Below are positions 13,006 through 25,225 of a stretch of 64,000 bases of DNA, in pieces. The DNA is from Lobosporangium transversale (taxonomy: Eukaryota). The position numbers were made by a program, and so were the translations under genes. Under the pieces are notes generated by a model that saw only the letters and a list, made by a program, of their open reading frames with translations, did not search any database and was not told where the DNA came from. Within the stretch, counting starts at the first letter, position 1, and every line of letters starts with the position of its first letter. Location: assembly GCF_002105155.1 (NCBI RefSeq), contig NW_019028979.1, forward strand, positions 186,001 through 250,000. The letters are read 5' to 3'.

Positions 13006-15631
13006 TCACACAATGCCATCTTCACTTCCAAGAGTATTCAAAAGTGGACCCAACAGGCCGTCGACTTCGTCAATCGATACATTGCAACACAATGCAATCA
13101 AACGCTTGTATTCGTGGCGTCTCTTGCCTTGTTGACTCTTGAGTTGTATAATTTGTTCTACTTGATCTTTTCGTTTCTGTTGCATTCCTGCTAGGCTCAG
13201 CCTCAACTCTGATGCTTCCTTCTCTAATGCTAGGACTTTCTCCATATCAACACCACCGGCAGCGGTTTTTGTAGATGGAGTAGATTCTGTTCCGACTGCT
13301 GCTGCTGGTGTGGATTTCTCCTTTTCCTTCTCTTTCTCCAGCTCCATTTCTTGTTTTAGTCGTGTCTCTTCTTGCGTAATTAGCTTCTCCAACCTCAAGC
13401 GTTGACGCAAATTAATCTCCTGTCGGATCATACCTTCCAACGTGCGAATTTGATCTTCTGCTTGACCCAAATACATAGTCTTAGATCGCAGCTCCTCAAT
13501 ACTCCGCTGCCCTTCCTGGATCTCACTTTGGATCGATTGCAGCAGATTACGAGCATCTAATAGATCTTGTTCCTTCTCATATAGATCCTTTTCGTAGGAC
13601 TGTGTCAGCTGCTCAAACAGTTCAGTCACTGCTGGAATCATTTTTTGAGAAGATCGGCTGCTGCTGCTGGAGGCTCCATTATGATGACTATTATGACTGC
13701 TTCCTAGATCTCTCGCTCCCAAGTAGGGTGAGGAGTGACTTTTCTCTATTGGTGTCCCATGGCTTAACGAAGGTTGTTGATTATCATTGTGCCCGCCTCC
13801 TCCGTATCCTCGCCCAGACGACGACAATAACGACGGCTCATACTTGAGACTGGGTCTTGCATTGGGGTCTAAGTGGTGACCATAATGTAGCCCAGGATGT
13901 GCTGGAGATGACGAGACTGGAGGCTGGATTTGGAATGGATTTCTCATAGATGGTGAATATTCTGGGTGTCCTGAATTCGATGGTCGATCCGTGCTTAAGA
14001 TGGATGTTGGGCCTGAAGGCCCTCCATATCTTGAAGGTGGCGGGGTTAAGGACCTTGTCCCGAATGTGGGCTGTCCGTGAAGATTTGGCGAGGGGTGATT
14101 ATGCATATTAGGCGACAAAGTATGGCTGTGCATGCGTGGGGTCGATATGGGTGTCGTGGTTGCAGAACCTATACCTCCTGAATGATTATGAGCAGTCGGA
14201 TGGTGTTGCAGTTGTTGGTTTTGACTCATGCGTTGGTGCTGATGACTGCCACTGCTACTGCTACTGCTGTGAGGATGATATTGAGGTCCAGGTTGTTGAA
14301 GAGAGGTGTTACTGTGAACTGAAGAGCTCGGTACTCCTCCTCCTGCAACTGCTGTTGCTGCAGCCAACGACGGCGAAGAAAGGGACGACTGTAGTTGTGA
14401 TAGATGTTGCTGTTGCTGTTGCTGATGTGACTGCGGCCCCAGCTGAGATGAGTGTAAAGAAGGATACACAGAAGAGGAGTGTGGACCATTGTTTCCACTG
14501 ATACCGCTACCAAATTGCATATCTGCTTCTTGAAGAAATTCATCCGCATTTCGACCAGACTTGTTTCGAATTTTGGGATCTGCTCCCGCATCCATGAGTA
14601 GTCTTACAACTTTCTTGTTCCCAATTCTTGCAGCAATGATCAAAGCCGTGTCACCTACGACATCCTGCACATTGATAATTGAGGCTAGTTCCTGAGGGTG
14701 CTGCGCCAACTTCTCGAGCAGACATTCCATATAGTAGCGGGATGCATGTACCTTGCCCCTCATGCCTGCTGTAACAGCCACATGATGAAAAACCGTCTGG
14801 TCATTCTTATCAATCGTGAAAATAGTTTTCTGCAAGATCTCCAGTAAGGAGGGGAAAGTCTTCATATCGAAATTATTCGTAAATAACACAGAGCGCATCA
14901 ATGCCGTCTGCCCTTGATTATTGACTCGGTAGATGTCTGCACCATGCTGCACTAGTAGCTTCACGATCTTTGTCCGTGCCATCGCCACAGCCCAGTGTAG
15001 CGGTGTGTGTCCCTCTTCATCAATGATGATGTCAAAGTCGAGATCCGATGGTGGATGAGTCAAAATTGGTGGCAATGCAGTCGAGTCTGATACAAAATAG
15101 TTGAGAAGCGTCTCTGCATAATGGCTCTGGTTTGAATCGTTTGTTGTGTTTGATGCGTCCTCTGGCCATATTCCATTTTCACGTCCGCCGCCAGTACCAG
15201 TACTAGCACCAACACCAGTACCACTATTACTGCGAGTATCAGCGCGTCCACGTTGGGGACGAGCTGGTGATTCATGGCGCATCGAAGGTGAACGCATTTC
15301 AACGTCTTGACCTTTGCGAGGTGTGTGGTATCCACTCTGTTTATTCTGGCCTCCATGGTATCCAATAAAGAGTTCATCGCCCGGACGGCTATGCTGCTTC
15401 TTCCGTGCTCTCGGCGATCGATCTGAAGATCTTGGGCGACGACGACGTCCCGTTGAAAGAGTCTCGCCATCAGATACCTCACTTGATGATAAGTCAGGCC
15501 GCGACCCTATTGGAGATGGTGTCCTGCTATGAGCAGAGAGAATGCTCATTGTTTCACCCATACTTGCTTCGCTACCTACTCGAACATTCCAAATACAAAT
15601 ATATTTGCCAAGCATAAGCATTAGTACAACA

Positions 15632-15663
<32 letters not shown>

Positions 15664-18117
15664 CTTTGCAGTATTGTGAACTTGCCTGCACGGCTGTGTG
15701 CCTCGTCATCATCCAACTCTGATGTGCTTGTCTCTTCTTCTCCTCCATCAAATGGTGCCATGTTTCCTCCCTCATGACTATCATCAATTACGCCCATAAC
15801 AGGCCCTTGCGATCCCGGCTTGGGCAAGAGTTGTCCAGAATTCTTTTTATTCTTCTTGCCCTTGGATCCCCCAGTGCCGCGAGGCTCTCTTGGTTTCCGT
15901 GGTTTGTTCGACGCCGCTGTGACATGCTTTGGTGCCAGAGGAGGACTGTTGATCTTTGAGAATTGATACTCTAATAAAGGTCGCAATAAATCAAGCACTC
16001 CATATTCATGGCACAATTGTACTCCTCGATCATAAGGTACCCATGTCCCTTAATGAATATAGTGAAGTTTTTTATATATATATATATATATATTATATAC
16101 GTGTTTAAAGAGAGAGAGGATAAGTGAATTGAGACAAAATAACCTGAAGAGCGTATATGCTATTTAATAATAATAAAAAAAAAGCTCCGTTGGTTTTACC
16201 TTGGTATTTTCCGTAGCCTCCTTGGACTTTCTCATGTTCACCTTTTTGAACCTCCCGTTCAAGAATCCTTGTTCGCTGAGGCTTATCAAACTCTGCCACC
16301 TTAAGGATCTGAGTTGCATTAAGATAAGAGTCTGATCGACGGCGCATGACTGCGATGCCACGACAAATCATTTCAAAAACAGGCACACCCGAGTAGGTGG
16401 CCTTAAAAATCTGAGGCGCCTTTGCATCGCTTTCATCCACAACGGTTGTTTCTGTTGGTGCTGCTGCTGCTGTTGTTGTGGGTACGATATCACTCATTGA
16501 TTGGCTTAATCCAGAAGCAGCAGTAGTTCCTCCTATGCCTTCACCATCACCGGACCCAATCTCAATCGTTGGATTACCGAGATTGATGTTGCTTGTTGAT
16601 GCTGCGGTGGATGCATTATGATTGTGGGAGCTCGACAACGATTGATGGACATCTTCCATGAGAACATCTTCTGATCGATTATTAGTATTGGCATTAGGAT
16701 CATTATTAGTAATGTCGCCGACGGTGCTCCCTGTACCCAGTAATTGCTTAATTGCACTATCGATGACTGACATAGGTGCAACTGACGATGATGATGGCGG
16801 TGTTGCTGTCGCTTTGGACAAGTCTATTTGTCCTTCAGAACCTACAGACGCTGCTGTTGCTGCCGCCGCCGCCGCTGCCTGTCGTTGGTTATGAAGCTGC
16901 AGCTGTTGGAGATCATGCTGTAGTTGCGTTGGAGTCGTCAGGGGGACTCTATCGTTCGAAGAACCTTCACTTTCAATAGCTACAGCAGGAGTCGTTCCGG
17001 AAAGAGGAAGAGGAGATGTCCCTCCATTCTCCGTTAGGCCCTGTATGGGTACGTGTTGTCCTGATTGTGACGCTTGCTGTTGCGGCCGCTGTAATGAGGA
17101 AGCTCTAGTGGACGCAGCACCTGATGGTTTTTGGGCGGTTTTTTGTGCTGCTAACTGCTGCTGCGCCGCTAACTGCTGCTGTAAAAACAAGGCTGAGGCT
17201 GTCATTTTTGGAGGCTGAGAGGTAGTCGGCTGTGATGGAGATTGAGACGGCTTCGATTGTTTCCTCTGTCCTTCTGTCTGTTCTGATGTTGTGGAAGTCA
17301 AGGAGTTAGCCACTGGTATTAATGGATGGTTCTTTATACTGTCGCTACTAGAAACGGTCGAAATAGGGAAAACTCCAAGGATATTTGATGGATTAACAGG
17401 CTCAGGTGCTGCTACAGTAGCATTTGGGGACATCATGGATTCTACATCTAATGATGAGGAATGTTGTAATCCGGGTTCCGCTGCTGTTGCTCCTGTTGCT
17501 CCTGTAGTCGATGCAATAGTAGGAGGAAATGATTCTGAAGTCGGCAACAGGGCTTGAGTTTGGTTATAGTCCGGTAAGGCAACGTACGGTTGCTGATGGG
17601 ACGCCGGAGAGTTACTATCTTCCGGGATTGATGATTGCATAGTAGCGGAAAATGCAGCAAGAAATGAGGCTGATAAGGGTTCTGACGCATTTACAGTAGC
17701 AGCTGCAGCCGGTAATGATGACGCTGTTGTGGTTGACGTCTGTCCTGCTATCGCACCTTCTCCAGCACCCGTTGGAAGAGAGCCGGTGTGCGAAATGGAG
17801 AAAAGAGTAGCAGTCAAAAGAGGAGTAACAGTATCAGGTGCTGTCACAGATGTAGCGGTGATGTTAGTTACAGGTCCAGATGGCAATTGCGTAGGTACGG
17901 ATTTGGGCTCTATTGTGGATGTAAGTGACGAAGGCTGCTCCACTGATGACGAGTGTGATGGCTCTGGCACGCTATTCAACCCTGTCTCTCGAGTAGAGAC
18001 GTTAAAAATGCCTGTGTCCATACCATTTTCAACACCAGCACTTTCCCCTGTATCTGCTATACTCGTGGCAATGGCTCCTCCTTCGACTCTCGGGTTCGTG
18101 TTGTTTATCGTGCTCAT
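13006..18117 (-). CDS. MBP1: APSES/KilA-N + ankyrin-repeat G1/S transcription factor (Mbp1/Swi4/Res family, MBF/SBF subunit); 3 exons
   Basis: [60 protein letters not shown] (KilA-N). Ankyrin repeats [20 protein letters not shown] and [13 protein letters not shown]-terminal coiled coil ending [11 protein letters not shown]. Introns 16049-16199 (GT-AG) and 15576-15685 (GC-AG). Exact paralogue uncertain. Confidence 0.9.
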
Positions 18118-18379
18118 TTGTATCTTGCTGTGTTTTCGTGTCGTGTTTAATGTTCGTGGACGTGTCGGAGCCTTTGAACACAGTGACCTTTAAAAAAAAA
18201 AATGTGACTGGTATCAAGTAGATAAAAAAAAAAAAGAAGACAGAAAAAGAGAGAGTGAATAAGAGAAAGAGAAAGAGAAAGAGAATGAAAGAGAGGGAAT
18301 GATGAAGGAAAGGGTGAAAATGAGTGGAACTAAAAAAAAGTTAGCTTTGGATGTATGATGCAAGGGTAGAGAGAGAGAC

Positions 18380-18430
18380 CTTTTGGCGAATGTAAACAAA
18401 TAAAGCTACGCGAGCAACGCGTGAGCACGC
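18380..18430. promoter_or_regulatory. Candidate cell-cycle promoter module (E2F-like, forkhead, MCB) upstream of the MBF/SBF gene
   Basis: TTTTGGCG (~18381), GTAAACAAA (18392-18400), ACGCGA (18408-18413) and ACGCGT (18417-18422) within 45 bp, about 270-300 bp upstream of the ATG. Motif match only. Confidence 0.4.
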
Positions 18431-18625
18431 ACTCTTTTTTTTTTTTTTTTTTAATCCTAAAAAAACTATTAGAGTATTAACAACCGTATGTAATAAAAAA
18501 TAATAAGGATGTTATTACAATGAAGGATGGAAGGAAGGATGATCAATTTCAAAATGTAATGAAGGTATTTTTCTCTATTTGTTTCTGAAACATTTTTTTA
18601 TTAAAGTACAAAAATAGTAGATTTT

Positions 18626-21600
18626 TTATACGCGGGTACGCGTTTTATTCTACAATGAAAAAAATAAATAAATAAACAGCGTTAGAACCCTGTCATTTGC
18701 CACATCTAAAGATACTCAAATATCAAAAAAAAAAAAAAAAAAAAAAAAAGACTTACAAAGCAACCACGGCAATACGCTTCTCCTTCACCGCGCGTCAGTG
18801 CGCTTGAATCTAAGACCTTCTTACACTCTTTACAGTTCAAACACTTTTTGTGCCACTTTTCATTGTTGGGTCCTGGTGTCTGATCCATCAGTCCCACGGG
18901 CTGGTGACAACGAGGGCAGTTTAGCGTGCCTCCAAACTTGGGTAAAGGACGTGTGCGAGTTCCAAAGAAGCTGGTCAGAGGAGGCGGTGTGGCTCGCTGT
19001 GCCAATGGGGATGATGCTCCGCTTCCAATCTGGTCTCCAAAAGTGAGCTGATCATACGATGGCGATCCAGATGCTCTAAGAGGCGAAGATGATTCGTTCA
19101 ATGGCGTGGCTGACCCAGCGCCCGATCCTGACCGCGATAGATTGCCTTGGCCGCCGGCGACCATCCCTGGGTTTGAGGGGACCATAACTGGCAAAGGGAA
19201 ATGATCTGTTGCACGTGGAACCGGAACGATCTTGGGTGGAAGACGGACAGCGTCACGTTCGTCGCAGCATTGTTCACATTCGACACGGCCATCTACTTCA
19301 AAGAATCGGCTAGTGCTTGTAAGCACCTTAGAGCAGTGAGCGCAAGTAAAGCACTGTGGATGGTAATTCATTCCAGAGAATCGAATAGACTTGTTGCTAA
19401 TGACTTTGTGGCATTGTTGACACTTTGTGACAACACCCATTGAGCTCGTTGGGCCCGCCATTGAGACGCACTTTATGTAGAATGAAAGAAGGAAGGAAAA
19501 AGTCAATATTAGTTGTTTCATCATAGGGCCTAAGAGTAAAAAGGAAGACGAAAAGAAAACTCACCTTAGGGTGGTAGGGACGTCCAAGGACGACATGGAA
19601 CTCAGACTCTGTAAACACTTGCTTGCATCCATAGCAAAGGAAGCACCCGATATGGTACCGATCCCCATTCTGTAAACGCACACCATTCTCGGTCACTTTC
19701 TCAAGACATTTGTGGCAGTGGCCCTCTGGAATCGTAGCTGCGCGCTGCACCGATGGACTCCAGGGCGCGTCCGTGACATTGACCACAGGGAATACGATAG
19801 CATCGCCCGCGGAATTGGATCTTTGATGACCATGGCCATTTCTGCGGAAAGACGGGCTCGTATTAGATATTGATCTGTTAGGCTCTGCACCAGAGGGCAT
19901 CGGCGCGGATTCTTTTGATTCTTTTTCGTATGACCCATTAGCTATAGCTGTTGCTGCTGCCGATGGCTGCTGCTTTGGAGGCAAGTTGCTGAAGATTGCA
20001 GAGCCTCGGTTTGCGTTAAACAGTTGACTAGAGCTTCTGGGGGGCGAAGAGGTTGTGCTTGTGGTATTTGTTTGAGCCATGTTTATATAAGCCTGTGTTC
20101 TAGCCCTTACAGACGCTGCTGTTGTGCTAGGTGAAGCTACCGATCGAGATCTATTGCGCACTAAAGGTCTGAATGAGCCTTGCTGCTGCTGTTCCAGCCG
20201 TGGCTGTTCACGCGCTGAGTTTGAAACAGACAATTTCTCGGTAGGCGCTACAAGGTCAGCCTCAACGGAATTTGTTGATCGTGAATATGAATCTAAGGCA
20301 TGTGCCTTGAGGTTTGGCGTACCCGGTCTTGAACTGCTTCTACTATTAGCTCGTGAACTACTTCGGCTTCCATTGTCGGCGTCCGATCGCTGCTGTAAAG
20401 CGCGTGCGATATTAGGCCCCAAATCTTCCGATCCAAGTGAATGGCGTGACCTGGCATGACGTAGACCATAGAGTGTAGACTCGGATGTGTTCTCATTCAT
20501 ATTTGGGTCCTGGTCCTGATCAATTGTTTCAGGATAGTCATGTGACTTGAACGTGCCTTCATTTTCCTGATCCTGTCGGGAATTGAGGGATGGAGAATTA
20601 GGTCTCGAGCTTGTGTAGGAATGGATAGAAAGTGCAGAACTAGGACGCCTGTATTGTAAGACTGGGCTATTGGCTGCTGATCCTGAATGGTCCGCTCGAA
20701 GCAAGTTAGCAGCTGATATTGCTGAGGGAAGCACAACTGAATCTGCACGCTTTCGTCCTAAGCTCGAATATGCGGAAGAGGTACCGCTAGTGTATCCGCT
20801 AGTAGGAGTGCTACGATAGGATGCTAAGGATGATGGGCTAGCGGTACTTTGAGCTGACAGCGGTGAATTTGATGGAGGCAGACTCTTGTCCATATGCAAA
20901 TCTAAAGGCGATAGATTGACTGGGGATCTTTCTGAGCGGTCAGTGGTGTTATCAACGCCACTACTACTACTTGGATTTTGTTGAGAGGTATATGGTGGTG
21001 AGCTAGTCATGGAACGATCGTCAAGTGGAGGGCTATTGGTATTAGGCACGTCCTCCTTAAGGTTTGGGCTACTGTTGCTTTCTTCAGCTGCCGATCCTGC
21101 CTGCGCCATCAAGCATTCCTCACAACAAGGTCGTCCACGCAAATCCACCAATGGCTTTGATGAAACGTCAATACGACACTTGAAGCATTTGAAGCAAGCC
21201 TAGAGGCAAAAAAAAAAAGTATGAAAACAACACACAAGCAAAAGAGATAGTCAGTTCAGATTCATATCACGAGAGAAAGGAAAAACAAAAAGTAGACAAA
21301 ATTTAGTAGAAAGGGATGAAAAATCTTACTGCATGCCAAGAACTCTTGTTGTGTGTGATATAGGGGTCGGTCTTGGACATCACAGGCCTAAAGCATGCTG
21401 GACAGCTTCCTTTGGTGAACTTTTCGATATAACATTTTTCGCAGTAAATGAAATTTGGCTTTCCAGGTTCCATGAATACTTTAGCCTAATTTGAAATATA
21501 CATTTGTGTAGACACGTATAAAATGAATGTGAATAATAAATAGGCAAACAAGTTAGGAATAGAACGCCCATACTATAATAGGCAATGTGAAGCTGATCCA

Positions 21601-21777
21601 CAACAGCAAAATATTACATCATTACGATATAGCAAAGTTATTCTTACCTGATGGATTTGTTTACTGCAGCCATGACATTGCTTTTGAATGACGAGAGGCT
21701 GCGGCCTGCTCATGGAAGGGACAGAAGGCATGGACATGCGCTTCGCAGGCTTGGCCATACCACCCTCAAGAATATTC

Positions 21778-21820
<43 letters not shown>

Positions 21821-22830
21821 GCATTATAGAATGTGGCGGTCAGTCAGTCAGCCACTCAGAATAAAAAAATAAAAATAGGGCATCATGTGTAGAGGGCATG
21901 TGTAAGGGTGAAAAAATCATTCTCTTCCAAAGTGGCTCTTTCTCCAGAAAGAAGGGGTGTACGACGATGGTCATTCCACTGTTTAAACAAAGCGACTCTG
22001 GTGCTTGTACCATCATACTCTTATTCCTCTTTCTCTTCCTTTCCCCCCTTTCCCCCCCTATTCAAGTGGCGCTCATCTAGTCGTGACTTCTCTCTTCCAG
22101 AACTTTGTAATCCTGTTCCTGACTCTGCCTCTTCTAGCTTGATCACTTCCATCACTCGTTAGCAGCGTTAGCGCAGGTACGAGTATCCCAAAAAAGAAAG
22201 AAAGGCGCAGACTTTCAAGCCAATTACAAAGTTACGCCAATAGAAAAAAATCGAGGTGATGTTCTCCTGAATCAGTCTGCCATAACCTTCTTTTTAAGAT
22301 GATCCCGTCCCCTCCCCCCCTATATCCCGCCGCGTGATCCAGACTAAAAAAAATAACAACAACAACAACAACAACAACAACAAAGCACGAGAACAGACAC
22401 TGACTGTTTGCTGTTGTTGATAATGTGTCGTTATCGTAATTTCTGGTTGAGAACCCGTTTTTTTTCTTCTTTTTCTTCCCCATTAAGAGCCAACAAAATC
22501 TTGATTATTTCAAGGCTCGATTACTTACGCACTCATCCAGGGATCATGTCTGGAGTTGGACTGAAGCCCACTTGTGACGGATGCTAAAATTTTTCATTGA
22601 ATTGGAAAGAGAGAAACGCGTTAAGACATGGAACTTCAATTGAAGACGTGTTTAGCGATTAAAAAAGATAATGGAAACAGGGAAAAAAAAAAAAAAAAAA
22701 AGTAGACTTGATATGGCTAGGAATAAAAATGAGGAGGTAAGAGATCAGGATACATACAGACTGAGCGGCCACCACACTTGAGACAACTGGCGCCGTGGAC
22801 AAGATCGCCACACCGGTGACAGAAACCCAT
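18626..22830 (-). CDS. Multi-LIM domain protein (paxillin/CRP-like); 7 exons
   Basis: Exon 1 MGFCHRCGDLVHGASCLKCGGRSV. LIM motifs CPAC..WHAACFKCFKC..CCEEC, CHKC..YHIGCFLCYGC..YHPKC, CQQC..YHPQCFTCAHC..CEQC and CRP-like PKFGG..CPRC..WHKKCLNCKEC..YCRGCF. Last micro-exon NKTRTRV* at 18649-18626. Confidence 0.85.
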
Positions 22831-24339
22831 TTTTTAGTTATATGTGTAGTGTGTGGAAAAGAAAAGAGAGAAAAAAACGGAAAGATAATAGAAACTGAGA
22901 CAGTTTTGTTCAGTTTACAATAAGAGAAAAGTGAAAGGACAGGAAAGAGAGAAGAAAAAGAAAAAAAGAGTAGGGAGTGAAAAAGAAAAAGCAATAAAAA
23001 GGTAGATTTCCTTAAAACAAAGGAAAAGGTGGCATGAGTTATCGGGATGGATGTGGTGCTTTTTTTTTTTTAGTGAAATGTCACTTGAGTGCCGTTGTTA
23101 TTGGAATAGGTTGATGTTCAGATAGAACAAGTATGTGTTTGTCGAGGATGAGGGAAAAGTGGTTCCAGTGGAAGGCAATAGGGTAGTCGATCCTGGAAGA
23201 AGTTGGAAAGAAAGAAAAGTAAGGAAAAAAAAAATGAAAAAGCAAATGAAGAAGAAGAGAAGAAAATTGAAAAAGAAACCAAGGGAAAAGGGATTGTCTC
23301 TCCTCGCCATTGTCACTCCTTTTTATATTTTTATATCTTCGTTTGTGTGTGTCAGTGTGCAGCAACATCAACAGCACAACAACCTTAAGCACCAACAGCA
23401 TGTCTGTAAGTTAGTCACTGCATAGTTTTTGGTAGTTTGATTCCTTGTTGCCCTGAGAAAATGATGATGACGATGGATAACGATGATGATGCGAATGGTC
23501 TGGACGTCCCTTTTTTTTCCCGTAAGAAAAAAAAAAAAAAAAAATTATGCGTGGTTCATCCACTTTTTTTTTTTTTTTTTTTTTTTGTAATATTGTGATA
23601 TTTATGCATAGAATATGTGAAGGAACGATAGAATGCGGGTTTCCTCTTTATTATCCTTTGCCTTTTCTCATTCAAAACAGCCTAATTCATACACTATAAA
23701 CACTATATGAATAAATATATACAATACACCACACAATGACGCCTTGTCCAAGGTCGATATACCCATACGAATCATTCAATCACTCAGCCATTCAACCAAT
23801 GTAAAATACGTATACCGTTTCCCGATGAGAGTATCGAACTTGTACCTTTGAAATGCGATAGAGCTGATCTTCAGTCTCCACCAGATTGCGGTCCAAAGCA
23901 GGGTTGCTGGCTTGCTGCTTTTCTATGAACTTCCATAATACTCACTGTTTCTTTCATTCTTGCTAGAACTCTCGATGCACTTTTTCATGCGCATGTTGTA
24001 AACCACACCAATCTAACACTAACCAAATGATAAGATGAAAGTAAATACATAAATACCTAAAAACAAAAAAAACAAACAAACCTTTCTTTAATATATCTTT
24101 CTTTGTCATTTAGGACAAAGAACAGTTTCATGGTTCTCCTTAGTCTTTAGATCCACTTTTTTTTTTTTTGTTGTTGTTTAATTTCAAGTAAAAATGTCTG
24201 TGTGTCCACGTCCATGTAGAGTTTTTTTTTTTGTCTGTGTGAATTACGTGCTGTGTGCTCCCTTTTTTCTTTTGATTTCAAGAGAACATCTTTAATACCG
24301 TTATGCCATCTTCGGATTTTGCTTTGCCTGCTGGCTGAA

Positions 24340-24367
24340 TTGTTGTTGCTGCTGCTGTTGCTGCTGC

Positions 24368-24452
<85 letters not shown>
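24340..24452. repeat. (TTG/CTG)n trinucleotide microsatellite, intergenic
   Basis: About 37 consecutive TTG/CTG triplets. Confidence 0.95.
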
Positions 24453-25058
24453 AGTTAGTTAGTAATGGGTCGTTAGCTGTTGTCGTTGCACTGTTCCACA
24501 TACTTCTTTAGTCCAGCCCAACACACCATCAACAATTCAACGGTCCTACAAAGGTATGACATATGCATTGTACACATGCATGTCCCGCTTTCCTTGTAAA
24601 CATTCAAACCCTATTTCCTTTCTTCCCTTTCTCCTGCCTCCTCACCTGCATCATTAAACAATCATTTTTTTTTTTTATCCCTTTCCCCCTGTCTTTTCCA
24701 AGCGTCATGGCCAATTAAGTGATGAATCTTCATTAACTCTACGTGTTATTCACTCCCCCCCTTTCTTTATTTCTCAAGAGTCCGACAAGAGCCATGACAA
24801 AAAAACGTAATGACATGATTAGTTTATTCTCTCCTTTTTTCTATCCTTTTCTCCGCCACCAAAAAAAAAAAAAAAAAAAAAAAACCATCATCCGCTGAAC
24901 TTAAACTTTGCCAAGGATGAATATGCACAAATGCATCCTCGATGTTGATGTCTCCATTTTATATTTTAATGAATGAAATCCAAACCGTTGCTGATCAGGA
25001 TTGTCTATCAAAAACACTAGTTCATCGAGGTACAGGGATCAATTTGAGATCAGACTGA

Positions 25059-25093
<35 letters not shown>

Positions 25094-25166
25094 TATTACA
25101 AATTACATTTTAGCATGACTCTTAAAAAATATCAAGTTATTATGAGATAAAATAGTATTAAAAATG

Positions 25167-25198
<32 letters not shown>

Positions 25199-25225
25199 AA
25201 CTAAAGGCATATATTGTCCTGTTTT

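Noticed and set aside
18630..18643. ACGCGG/ACGCGT MCB-like pair
   Set aside because: Explained by coding sequence (KTRTRV) in the last exon of the LIM gene.
24253..24462. 69-aa poly-Leu ORF (and poly-Gln on the opposite strand)
   Set aside because: Translation of a TTG microsatellite. The start is non-ATG and the poly-Gln frame is preceded by a stop.
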